Assembly (NCBI GenBank): GCA_963778115.1
Contig: CAVZSV010000004.1
Span: 2,916,658 to 2,980,657, forward strand
Origin: an uncultured delta proteobacterium
Lineage (GTDB): Bacteria > Bdellovibrionota > FAC87 > UBA2466
DNA length: 64,000 nucleotides
Reading direction: 5' to 3'
The position numbers were made by a program, and so were the translations under genes. Shown here piece by piece: positions 20,277 through 31,400 of the stretch (the first letter of the stretch is position 1; every line of letters starts with the position of its first letter). Under the pieces are notes generated by a model. It searched no databases. It saw only the letters and a program-made list of their open reading frames with translations, and was not told the DNA's origin.

Positions 20277-22937
20277 ATGGCCAAGAAGAAATCCACCCAG
20301 GTCGACTCCATCCGCCACAAGGACAAGCGGGCGAACATCCCCACCGAGGAGCTGCGCGACTTCGTCGCCGACGACGAGCACGCGCCCAAGACGATGCTCT
20401 ATCCCCGCGATCCGTCGCTCGACCCGCAACTCGTCTGGAAGGGCAAGGACGAGCAGGACCGCCAGGACCTGGCCGTCCCCGTCGTGCCGATCTACATCCA
20501 GGAGAAGATTCACCCGCAGGCGATCATCGACGACCTGCTGCCAGCGGACCGAGGAGCCTGGCGAACGGCAGCTTGATCTCTTCGCCGACTTCAACGGCAT
20601 CGAACGACTTCGACAAGAAGATCGACTTCTACCACCACGACCGCAGCACTGGACGAACCGGATGATCCTGGGCGACTCGCTGCTCGTGATGACCAGCCTG
20701 GCCGAGAAGGAGGGACTCAAAGGGAAGGTGCAGACGATCTACCTCGACCCGCCCTACGGCATCAAGTTCGGCTCGAACTGGCAGGTGAGCACCCGCAAGC
20801 GCGACGTGAAGGACGGCAAGGCCGAGGACGCCACGCGCCAGCCGGAACAGATCCGGGCCTTCCGCGACACATGGAAACTGGGCATTCATTCCTATTTGAC
20901 GTACTTGCGGGACCGGCTGGTTGTCGGCCCGTGAGTTGCTCACCGAGACCGGCAGCGATCTTCATGCAGATCGGCGATGAGAACGTCCATCTGGTGCGGA
21001 GTGCTGATGGATGAGGTGTTCGGGGATGAGAATTTCGTGCACTCTGATCGTCTTCCGCAAGACCGGCAGGCACTCAGCTCGGAACTGACTTGGCGAGCAC
21101 CCGTCGATTATCTCTTGTGGTACGCGAAAGATCAGCACGTCGTTAAATATCGGCAGCTTTATCAGGACCAAGACTGGTAGTGACGAGAGACGCCGGCGTT
21201 TACACGCGGGTCGATGCGACGATGATGGCACCATCCGGAAGTATGACTCGCAGACGAGCATGGACGAGTCCATCTTCCGGTGCCAGCCGGATTCGAAGTA
21301 CTGCGTTACGATGTGATAACATCTCAGGGCTACGCGAACCAGCACGACAGTTCCTGTTCGAGTTCGAGGGCCAAGACCTACCACCCCGGACGGCAACTCG
21401 AATTGGAAAACGACTCTTCGAAGGGATGCAGAACGCTTGCTAGCGCGCGAACGTATTGCCACTTCGGGAAGCACGCCTCGCTTACGTCCGCTTTATCGAC
21501 GACTTTCCGGTGTATCCTCTCAGATACGTCTGGACGGACACAGGGACCGGCAGCTTCACCGATCAAAAGGTATATGTAGTTCAGACTTGAACAAGATCAT
21601 TCGAGCGCTGCCTCCTGATGACCACCGACCCCGGCGACCTTGTCCTCGACCCGACGTGCGGCAGCGGCACGACGGCCTATGTCGCCGAGCAATGGGGCCG
21701 GCGATGGATCACGATCGACACCAGCCGCGTGTTGCTCTGGCGCTGGCCCGCACGCGGCTGATGGCCGCAAGTATCCCTACTACCTGCTCGCCGACTCGCC
21801 CGAAGGCATCAAGAAGGAAGCCGAGCTGACCGGCAAGATGCCCCCGCCGCACGCGACCGACGGCGACATCCGCAAGGGGTTCGTCTACAAGCGAGTTCCG
21901 CACGTCACGCTCAAGACGATCGCCAACAACCCCGACATCAAGGAGGGCATGACCCGCGAGCAGATCGACCGGGCCATCGCCCGGCACGCCGACACGGAAA
22001 CGCTCTTCGACCAGCCCTACGAGGACAACAAGGCGTCCGCGTTGCCGGCCCGTTCACGGTCGAAAGCCTCTCGCCCGCATCGCGTCCTGGCGACCGACGA
22101 CGAGTCGGCCGGACCGGAAGCCGAAGCGACTCAGCGACTTCGATCGGCCGACTTCGCCACGATGATCCTCGACAACCTCAGAAGGCCGGCGTGCAGAACA
22201 CGCGTCAAGAACGAGCGGCTCAAGTTCGACACGCTCGATCCGTTCGCCGGCGAGCTGGATCCACGCCGACGGGCACTAGACCGACGTCGGACGGCAACAT
22301 CCGAATCGAGTCGCCGTCTCGATCGGCCCCGAGCACGGCACCGTCGGCCCCGCAGCAGGTGAAGGAGGCCGCCAAGGAAGCGGTTCAGGGCATCGGCTTC
22401 GACATTCTCATCGTCTGCGGCTTCGCCTTCGACCCGCACGTCGCCGAGGAAGCCAAGCGCTACGGCAAGCTGACCGTCCTCCCCGCCCGGATGAACCCCG
22501 ACCTGGCATGGGCGACGAGCTGCTCAAGAAGACCGGCGCCGGCAACCTGTTCATGGTCTTCGGCGAGCCGGACGTCGAGATCGACGCTCAGGACGGCAAG
22601 AGCGGCCAGTAACGTCGTCGAGATCAAGGGCGTGGACGTCTACGACCCGACGACCGGGCCAGATCCGCAACTCCTCGACCGACGACATCGCCTGCTGGTT
22701 CATCGACACCGACTACAACGGCGAGAGCTTCTTCGTCCGCCACGCCTACTTCACGGGCGCCGACGAGCCCTACGAGAAGCTCAAGCGAGCCCTGCAAGGC
22801 CGAGATCGACGAAGCCGCCTGGGCCGTCCCTCTACAGCACCACCAGCCGGCCGTTCGCCACGCCCGCATCCGGCAAGATCGCCGTCAAGGTCATCAACCA
22901 CTACGGCGACGAGGTGCTGAAGGTTTACAAGGTGTGA
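20277..22937 (+). CDS. Type III RM Mod subunit (amino-methyltransferase), frameshifted
   Basis: [45 protein letters not shown]. Confidence 0.92.
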
Positions 22938-23048
22938 GCAATTCCTCGCATTGGGCGGATCATGGTTGATTCTCCGGTTCGCGTAGCCGATGAACTCATT
23001 TAAGGCTGCCGATGTCATACATTTTCAGAAGAGGCCTACGGAGTTCGC

Positions 23049-23658
23049 ATGATCGGCCTTCCCGAGTTCATCACTCTCAAGAATATTCGCGAGCAGATTG
23101 AGGAGAGGGCAGACGTCGTCTCACTTGAGCGGGACGTCGCCGTCCGGCTTATCGATCAAGTTTGGTGGAATGAGCCTTGGATCACAAAAGAGTGGCGACG
23201 CACACAAGAAGATTCCCACTGGCGTTGGGCCAAGTTCGTCGGCAAGTTTGGAAATCGATTGATGGTTCAACGCTTGGCCATCAAGACATGTAATGGCGAT
23301 ATCCAAGGAGCCATAATTTTCGACGCGAACAGTCAATCATTCTTGATCTCAGACCAAGGTGCGGTTTATGTCGAATATATTGCGACGGCTCCGAGAAACA
23401 GGAGAACCGCCACAAACCCTTTTTACAACGGAGTCGGCACGGGACTACTTGCCATCGCCGCGTATTACAGCCTGAAGGTTGGTTTTCAAGGCAGGGTGGT
23501 CCTCGAGTTCCTTGCCGGGCTCCGTAGGATTTTATCAAGAGCGTCATGGCTTTCAGGTGACAAGTCGACATCGGAATGGTATGGTCGATATGGAGTTGCC
23601 GGAGGCAGGAGTTCCTAAGTTAGTCGGGATTCTGCCCCTAAGGCAAGGACTCAAATAA
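23049..23658 (+). CDS. GNAT family acetyltransferase (one frameshift)
   Basis: HWRWAK, IQGAI, VYVEYIATAPRNR, YNGVGTGLL; GRVVLE continues as SLPGSVGFY in the shifted frame to TAA at 23658. Confidence 0.8.
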
Positions 23659-24090
23659 TGGCTACGGCGGAAGTTACAAAAGATTTGACTCAGGAAGCGA
23701 CGCCCTTGGTCGGCAGTCAGGATCGAACTCCGCGCGCAGCAATACGTGGTACTGGATGATAGTCTTTCAACCAAGAGACACAGCCAGCTTTTAAGCGACG
23801 ACTCGCTTGGTGACCCTACACCTCCAGTTGGTGGTCACCGCCGCTTTCTTTTCTTCTTTCGTCGCGGCCCGCGTCCGCTCCGTAAAGTTCCAAAAATCAA
23901 GAATCCACCTACGGATGAACTTGGATTGCATCTTCTCAGGCTATTTTTGCTTCATCCAAACGTAGTGGAGAAGTTTGGCGAACCGAACAAATCCGCAAAT
24001 GATGTCGCCAATCGAATCCGGGACATGGATGATAGCACCAAACGCCATCTCCTTTCGCGAGTCGAGCGATTCCTCGGAATTCCGAGATGA
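23658..24090 (+). CDS. Hypothetical ~140-aa protein coupled to the GNAT (frameshifted)
   Basis: TAATG overlap with AAGGA RBS; MATAEVTKDL... joins ORF 23746-24090. Confidence 0.55.
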
Positions 24091-24117
24091 AGTTCTAGAA
24101 CTCTCAAAGTCGGTGTC

Positions 24118-24149
24118 AAACCCCGAGACTAAGCCGCTCGGGGTTTTTT
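24118..24149 (+). terminator. Intrinsic terminator
   Basis: aaaccccgag-actaagccg-ctcggggttttt. Confidence 0.8.
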
Positions 24150-24229
24150 AATGCGCATCGCGGATTTAGCCGACCTCGACCGAACCTAGTGAAAGGTCGA
24201 TGGACAATCGTTACTTTCAAGGAAAGTGC

Positions 24230-24258
24230 TTGCAATCTCAGGGCGGGAATGTGATAAT
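24230..24258 (+). promoter_or_regulatory. Sigma70-type promoter for the HTH-integrase operon
   Basis: TTGCAA-17 bp-GATAAT with TG extension; ATG 7 nt downstream. Confidence 0.6.
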
Positions 24259-24265
24259 TAACACA

Positions 24266-24475
24266 ATGAACGCCAGTCAATCAACGTCACCGATTTCGGA
24301 TCTACTCCGGCGAACGATCGCCGAGAGCGGTTGCTCCTACAACTCCTTGGAAAAGGAGACCGGAGTGACCCGAGCCAGCATCATGCGGTTCGTTCGTGGC
24401 GATCAATACGTTCGGCTCGACATGGCCGATCGGCTCGCGACCTTCTTCGACCTTGAGCTTCGGAAACGAGGTTAG
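24266..24475 (+). CDS. Small XRE/Cro-like HTH protein (regulator or excisionase)
   Basis: SYNSLEKETGVTRASIMRFVRG..RLDMADRLA; directly upstream of the integrase. Confidence 0.75.
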   Translation: MNASQSTSPISDLLRRTIAESGCSYNSLEKETGVTRASIMRFVRGDQYVRLDMADRLATFFDLELRKRG

Positions 24476-24480
24476 GACTC

Positions 24481-26145
24481 ATGGGATATCTCTTCAAGGA
24501 GACCGTGACGCGTCCGCTCCCTGCCGATGCCGAGATCATCACCCGGAAGGGGGAACGTCTCGCCCGATATCGCGACGGCAAGGGGAAGGCGAAGACCTCG
24601 CCCGTGATCGTCGGCAAGGATGGGGCCGACCGCATTCGCGACGAGTCGGGCACCTACATCGCCCGCTACCGCGACGGCAACTACCATGTCGTGGAAGTCT
24701 CGACCGGTTGCCGAGACAAATCCGCCGCTCAGAATGTTCTCTCCGATTGGGAACGCCAGGCCGAGAAGATGCGGGCCGGGCTCATCTCACCCGCCGAAGC
24801 CCGAATCAGCCAGCACTTGGGGAAACCCATCACCGAGCACATCGCCGCCTACATCGAATCGATGAAGTCGCGGGGCGTAGTCAAGATGCACTGCGATAAC
24901 GTGCGAAGCCAGTTGACTCGATTCGTCAACGACTGCGGACTCGTCCGGACCTCCGAACTCAGCCGCGAAGCCCTGGAGCAATGGCTCACCACCGAAAGCC
25001 AGGCGGGCCGCTCGGCCCGATCCCGCAACGCCCACCGCGCCGCCCTGATCGCCTTCTCAAATTGGTGCTCTGATCCCACAATCGGCCGGATGATCTCGAA
25101 TCCATTCCGGGGAGTGCCCAAGGCCGACGAGAAGGCCGACCCTCGCCGTCGCCGTCGCTCGATGACCGAGGCGGAACTGACCCGCCTGCTCGATGTTGCA
25201 CGCCATCGCCCGCTCGCCGAGGCGATGACCGTACGGCGAGGGAAGCGGGCAGGGGAGCGATACGCCGACCTTCGCCCCGAGACCCGCGAGCAACTCGACC
25301 GACTCGGCCGGGAGCGTGCTCTCATCTACAAGACGCTCGTCTTGACGGGACTCCGAAAGGGGGAACTGGCGAGTCTGACCGAGTCGAATCTTGAACTTGA
25401 CGCCCCGATCCCACACATCGAACTCGACGCTCGGGACGAGAAGAACCGGGAAGGGAATGGCGTGGTCATCCGCACCGACCTGGCGGAAGACCTCAAGCAA
25501 TGGCTTGCCGACAAGCTCCATGCACTCCAGGCCGAAGCCCTGAGTCGGGGCGAGTCAATCCCGGCGAAACTACCCGCCGATATGCCCATCTTCGAGGTTC
25601 CAACCGGTTTGATCCGGATCTTCAACCGCGACCTCAAAGCCGCCAATATCGCCAAGAAGGACGACCGAGGCCGAACCCTCGACGTGCATGCACTCAGAAC
25701 GACCTTCGGCACCTTGCTCAGCCGAGGAGGAGTTCCGTTGCGGACCGCCCAGGCCGCGATGCGACACTCCGACCCGAGCCTGACGGCGAACGTCTACACC
25801 GATCCCCGCCTTCTCGACGTCCACGGGGCGCTGGATTCACTCCCTAGCCTGCCGCTCGAAGCCGATCCTCGATTGGATCGGGAGCAGGCGCGAGCCGTCG
25901 CGACAGGGACTTACGGCGACAGCGCCGTTGCACTGTTTGTTGCACTACCCGCCGACAAACAGGCAAAATCAGGGGGCATTCCTGGCAAAACGAAGAACCC
26001 CGGCCTGAGTTCGACCGGGGTTCCATCGATTGACCTAACTGGTTTCTCAGGAACGTCTAAGGCATCGTTGACAAGCCCTGTCGGTTCCATCTCTCAAGTC
26101 GGGGCGACCGGATTTGAACCGGCGACCTCTAGCACCCCAAGCTAA
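24481..26145 (+). CDS. Tyrosine recombinase/integrase
   Basis: TGLRKGEL, HALRTTF, MRHSDPSLTANVY (R-H-R-H-Y catalytic set). Confidence 0.95.
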   Translation: MGYLFKETVTRPLPADAEIITRKGERLARYRDGKGKAKTSPVIVGKDGADRIRDESGTYIARYRDGNYHVVEVSTGCRDKSAAQNVLSDWERQAEKMRAGLISPAEARISQHLGKPITEHIAAYIESMKSRGVVKMHCDNVRSQLTRFVNDCGLVRTSELSREALEQWLTTESQAGRSARSRNAHRAALIAFSNWCSDPTIGRMISNPFRGVPKADEKADPRRRRRSMTEAELTRLLDVARHRPLAEAMTVRRGKRAGERYADLRPETREQLDRLGRERALIYKTLVLTGLRKGELASLTESNLELDAPIPHIELDARDEKNREGNGVVIRTDLAEDLKQWLADKLHALQAEALSRGESIPAKLPADMPIFEVPTGLIRIFNRDLKAANIAKKDDRGRTLDVHALRTTFGTLLSRGGVPLRTAQAAMRHSDPSLTANVYTDPRLLDVHGALDSLPSLPLEADPRLDREQARAVATGTYGDSAVALFVALPADKQAKSGGIPGKTKNPGLSSTGVPSIDLTGFSGTSKASLTSPVGSISQVGATGFEPATSSTPS

Positions 26146-26171
26146 CGCGCTAGCCAACTGCCTACGCCCCG
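26099..26171 (-). tRNA. tRNA-Pro(GGG)
   Basis: Reverse complement CGGGGCGTAG..TTAGC TT GGG GT GCTAG..GGTTCAAATCC GGTCGCCCCGA; one base appears missing in the D-arm. Confidence 0.93.
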
Positions 26172-26271
26172 ATTTCCCAAAGGCCTCAATAGCATCATTT
26201 CGCCGAAGGGAAACCTATTGTAGAATTTAGGATGAATCTGTCAATCCATACTAGACCAAGAGGTTAGCATC

Positions 26272-27278
26272 GTGCATTTCGCCGATCGTTTGATTTCGGC
26301 CGTCAAGCGGGTGGGAAATCCAATTGTGGTTGGAATTGATCCTCGTCCGGAGGAGTTACCCGCCGGCTTTCTGGATGGATTTCCGCCGGACATTCCGGGG
26401 ATGGCGAAGGCAATTAGAACCTTCGGATGTGCGGTGATCGACGCCATTTCTTCCCTTGTGCCGGCGGTCAAGTTTCAGTCCGCATTTTATGAGGCATACG
26501 GCCCGGCTGGGATATCGGCCCTCCACGAGACGATGGATTATGCCCACGACAAGGGATTAATCGTCATCTTTGACGGGAAGCGGAACGATATCGGCTCAAC
26601 AGCCGAGGCCTATTCAAGGGCTTACCTAGGGAAAGTTATGTCGGGTGAGTCCTACTCCCCCGCCTGGTACGCGGACGCGATCACCGTGAATCCTTATCTC
26701 GGAAGTGACGGGATTATCCCTTTCGTCAAGGTCGCCGCTCGCGAGGAGAAGGGGCTATTCGTTTTGGTTCGGACAAGCAATCCTTCCGCAACTGAATTTC
26801 AAGATCTAATCTCAGGCGATCGAGCGATTTATCAGCATGTCGCGCAGCATGTGGCCGGATGGGCGAAGCCGCATCAAGGAGCTTCGGGGTACAGCCTGGT
26901 TGGTGCGGTCGTGGGCGCGACCGCGCCGATCAACTCGCCGAAATTCGCGAAGCTCTCCCCGGCATTCTCTTTCTGGTACCTGGTTACGGACATCAGGGTG
27001 GAACGGCCAAAGATGTCGCGGCGGCGTTCGATGCGGACGGATTAGGTGCGCTGATCAATAATTCGCGTGGAATTACATTCGCCTATTCCCGGCCGAATGC
27101 TCACTCACGTTTTGGCGACCGATGGCTCACCGCCATCGAAAACGCAGTTCAAGAAATGAGTGCGGATCTTGCCGAGAATACATCCGCCGGACGACCTGAG
27201 AGCAAAATGAGTCCCGAGATGCACGATCGCGGAACGCCGCCTCACATCTCTGGAAGGAAGCCTTTTCTCGCTGCCTGA
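26272..27278 (+). CDS. pyrF: Orotidine-5'-phosphate decarboxylase (frameshift near 26920)
   Basis: VGIDP, DGKRNDIGSTA, TVNPYLG, VRTSNPS, VGAVVGAT, LVPGYGHQGG, NNSRGI. Confidence 0.95.
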
Positions 27279-27472
27279 CGAATCACGAGACCTCCGGTGC
27301 CGAGCATCGTGAACGGGACAGCCAACATGAAGAGCACGCTCCAGTTGTAACCCTCCGCCATTCTCGAGGCTTCTTCAGGTTGTAAGGCGACGGCCTCTTT
27401 GCAATTCGGGCACGAGAACGCCATGTTCGACGCGATCAGGATCAGGATTCCGGCGTAAATCCAAGCTCTCAT
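27242..27472 (-). CDS. Small membrane protein with CPxC motif
   Basis: Signal-like N-terminus, CPNCKEA, GYNWSVLFMLAVPF TM segment. Confidence 0.75.
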   Translation of the reverse strand: MRAWIYAGILILIASNMAFSCPNCKEAVALQPEEASRMAEGYNWSVLFMLAVPFTMLGTGGLVIRQAARKGFLPEM

Positions 27473-27889
27473 AAAGGTCTGTCGCACGTCGAGTCTCCTG
27501 CCGGGACGGATAACCAAATAAGACGCTCGAACGCTATTGCCGAGAATCTTCAAGTAAACCCATCCTATCGCACGGATCTGAACAGCTCAACGATGCTTCA
27601 AATTCCCCTGATGCCCGTGCGAGTGCCAGGGGCGGGCATGCTTGAGATGGGTCTTGAACGTTAGGGGTGCAAGCGGTTGATTACGTGACGATTGTTGGAA
27701 CGGATATTGTCGCAGGCGCAAAAGTACGTGGAGAGAGTTTTACGCGGATCTGCCCAAACGATCCCAAACCCTCGATTGCACCGAGTTGAGTCGTGCCCGA
27801 GCCGGATCGGCCGCTCTTGACGTTCCCCGTCAACGTACTCCTGCCAGGCACAACATTCTCCAGGGTCAGTGATTGGCCATCCCCGGCGG

Positions 27890-28335
27890 CGTTGCGAGGA
27901 TTGAAGGACGCCTTCGTCTCCGCTCTCGCCCTCTCCGGAGGCTCGCCGCCGTGGCATTCGCAAGCCGTACTCGCCGACTTCCTCGCTGAGGGACACTTCC
28001 TCCGTCATATTCGAAGGATGCGGTCGGTTTACTCCGAGCGCCAGGAGGCCCTCGTCGGAGCGGCCGAGCGCGAGCTGGCCGGCTTACTCGACGTCCGCCC
28101 GTCCGAGACCGGGCTGCAAATCATGGGCTGGCTGCCCGACGGGGTCAACGATCGAGACGTGTCGCGGCGGGCCGCCGACTCGGGAGTGGTGGCGCCTCCA
28201 ATCTCTTCATATTGTCTCGAAGCGCCGCCGCGCAAAGGTCTGCTCCTCGGCTATGCGGCCCACACACCCTGTCAGATCCGGAGTGGCGTGCGTCGGTTAG
28301 CGACCGTGCTCAGGGACGAGCACGGCAATCCATGA
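27890..28335 (+). pseudogene. C-terminal remnant of a MocR/GabR PLP-dependent regulator
   Basis: QAVLADFLAEGHFLRHIRRMRSVY, GLLLGYAA; no HTH or N-terminal part upstream. Confidence 0.75.
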
Positions 28336-28408
28336 TCGCCGACCTCGTCGCAGTCCTCGCCCTATCGTCTCACCTCCTCCCGAATTGCCCGCGAGTCCCT
28401 GGCGAATC

Positions 28409-31400
28409 TCATTCCCATTGTCGGACCTGATCAAAGTACAGGCGCATGGTCTGGACGATCCGTTTCTTTTCGTTGAGCGCCACGAACAGCATCAGGGCGA
28501 TTCCCAGCACCAACATGATCGCCCACTTGGCGAATGCGTAGTCGACGCTCACCCGGCCCATCTCGTAGACCAGGTCGAGCACGAAGGTCGTCAGCCCCAG
28601 CCAGAGGAACGTCTGCAACCGGAATCCGATGCCGGCGAAGATGCCCATCAACGAGAGGAGCAGCAGCGCCAGCCAGCGCCGAAGCTTTCGAAACCGCCAG
28701 ATCGGCACGGAGAGCGAGACGTAGATCAAGATCAGGCCGGCGGACCGGATCGCATTGACGGTGGATCGACCCAACTCTCGGTTGACCTCGGCGAAGAGGA
28801 TCGCGGAGAGGCCCACCGGGATCAGATAGAACTGGGGATGATCGACCAGCATCCAGCCCATTCGGCTCCAGCAGACCCACAGGGCCGCGTTCGAGAAGAC
28901 GGCCGCGGCATAGCCCAATGACTTCCACCGCATCTGGGCGCAGGCGATGCTGTAGAACGTCGCGGCGACCGCCAGGTAGAAGAGACTCACCTCGTCTCGA
29001 ACGCCCGTCCCGAGCAGTTGGAGGAGAGGTAACAGCGGCAGCACGAGCGAGAAGTACCTCGTCGGCCGGACATAGAATTCCGGGCCCTGGATCTGCGCGA
29101 GGGCTTCGGAAAGACCCAGGTCGATGAAGCCCAGCAGGGTGAGGATCGCCGCGTCGGCGGAGGTGAACATCGGGAAGGCCATCCGGAAATCGATGTAGGC
29201 GGCGACGACCAACGCCTGCGCCAGATAGACGAGCCACTCCGCCCGCCATCGGGGCACGAGCAGGACATTCAGCACCGCGGCTGACATGAGCACGCCGACA
29301 CCCGCGAAGGTCACCCAGGAAACCGGCGACACCGGGGCGGCTCCCGGCCGCCAGCGCCATGGCCCCCGCAATCAGTGTTGCGGCGCAGGCGACGCCCTCG
29401 ACGGTCTCCGCCATCCGTTGACGAAGGGAACGGGCCGATTCCGAGAGGCCGAGGATCAGGCCCTTCTTGAGACTCGATTTCTCGATGCGAAGCCGGCCTG
29501 CCAGCCACCAGAGTGAGAAGGCGGCCACGATCGCGCCCCAGGCGCCCCAGATGCCCACCTGATCGAACCCCTGGAATCCCAGCCGATGGGCCGCGAGCAG
29601 GCTCGCAAACCACCAGGCTCCCGCCCACGCCAGGCTGCCCATGCCGGCCGCGATCGGCGACCCGATCGTCAAGGCGCCGAATCCCAGGGTGATGGAGGCC
29701 AGGATCAGGGTCGCCACGGTCGTCGACGTCACCACCGCCCCCGTGAAGAGGATCGCCAGGATCGCCAGGAGGCAAGCCTGATACGACATGGCGCGAGCTC
29801 GAACGCTCCGAGCGGACATCTCCGATCCAACTCAGCTCCGACCAGCTCTCGGTGCGGGCGTACCTTCGCCCGAACAGGATCGCTGCAAGTGCGGCCATCG
29901 CCGTGACGGCCGGATAATACTCGGCGGCGGAGAGGAGTCGGCCGGCGATCGGCGACGCGGCGACTCCCAGCCACCACAGGGCCATCACGCCGACCCAGTG
30001 AAGGCCGATCAACATGGCCTCCGGATCGGCCGCTCCCCAGCCTTCGGGATCCGTACTCTCGATCGCGAGAAAGGCGGCGGTCAGCCCCATCGTCGCCAGC
30101 AGGATCCACCAATCGAAGGTCGTGGCGGCGACCGCGCCCGTCCCAGACCCGGTCATCGCCGTGGCCATCCCGCTCAAGACGATGCCGATCGTCAGGACGG
30201 CCGCGACACCGAAGATCGCCGAGGCCCAACCGCGCACGACCACGACGTATCCTGCGTCGATCACGCCCAGCCGGTCGCAGATCCCCTGCCTCGTATGATC
30301 GGGCTGCACGCTCGAGCATCGCCAGTCCCAGCGCCACGACCATCCCGGCCATCGCCACGGAACACGCGGAGGTCAAGGAGGGTGCGATCGACGGCGACGA
30401 CGCTCCAGACCAGGAACGTCAGCCCAGCATGGACCCACTCCCGATGCGGATAGGCCCGGAGCATCAGGATCGACAGCAGCGAGAGCCCGAGCGGGAACCA
30501 CGGATATGCCGTCCACGCGACGTCCCCATAAACGCTGAGCTAGACCCTCATCGACGAGGGCGATCCGGCCGACCGCCATCGACGAGTGGAACAACCGATA
30601 CTCGTAATCGAGCGGATGCAGGCCCAGCCGGGCACAGAGTGCGGGCTTGGACCGCTGGATCAGCACTCCGATCGCCCATAGCCCGAACGCCGAGCCCATC
30701 GCGAAGCCGACCACGCCGATCGGCGACATCGCGGCCAGCCATCGGAAATGGCACGCCGCCCCAGGGCGGCCACGCCGCGTAGAGCCATTCGGCTCGCGCC
30801 AGGCTCTTGACCGTCAGCAGGAACGCGACGGCGCCAGCAGCATCGTCAGGGCCGAGTGATCGGCGAGCAGGAATCCCCAGCGACCGTCAGGGCAACAGTC
30901 GAGTGATAGAGCGGCCGGGCGCAGGAACGGGTCCAAGCGTCCACCCAGCGCCTCGCAGAGCGAACGCGACCGCCCAGAAGACGATCGCCTCGATCACCGC
31001 GCAGAGGCCGAGCACATAGGCCATCCTGGGGTCGTTGTTCCCGACACTGAAAAGGACCAGGTAAGTCGCGGTGACGATGTGCAAGACGCGCGGGATAGGT
31101 CAAACCAGCCTGGCGGAAGCGTCCGCGCCAGCAGCATCGTCGCGACCGCATTCAAGCCGAGCGCGACCACGCCGAGCCGATACGCCGCCACGCTCATGAC
31201 GCGGGATCCGACCGCCATGGCGAAGACCCCGGCCGTCAGGATGAGGCTGATCATCAAGCAAGGCTCGGAGTAGAAGTCCGAGAGTCCGCGGCGACGGGCC
31301 AGCGTCCCGACGAGCCAGAGGGCGAGGGCGAGCCCGGCCGAAACCACGGCAAGCCAGCCCGTCGCCAGACCGGTGCCGCCCCAGTGGACGGCCCAGGACG

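Larger units (their letters stand above)
13120..26098. mobile_element. Genomic (defence) island integrated at tRNA-Pro; left end not visible
   Basis: Tyrosine integrase abuts the tRNA 3' end; cargo of RM, GNAT and GAP1 genes; patchy GC. Confidence 0.7.
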
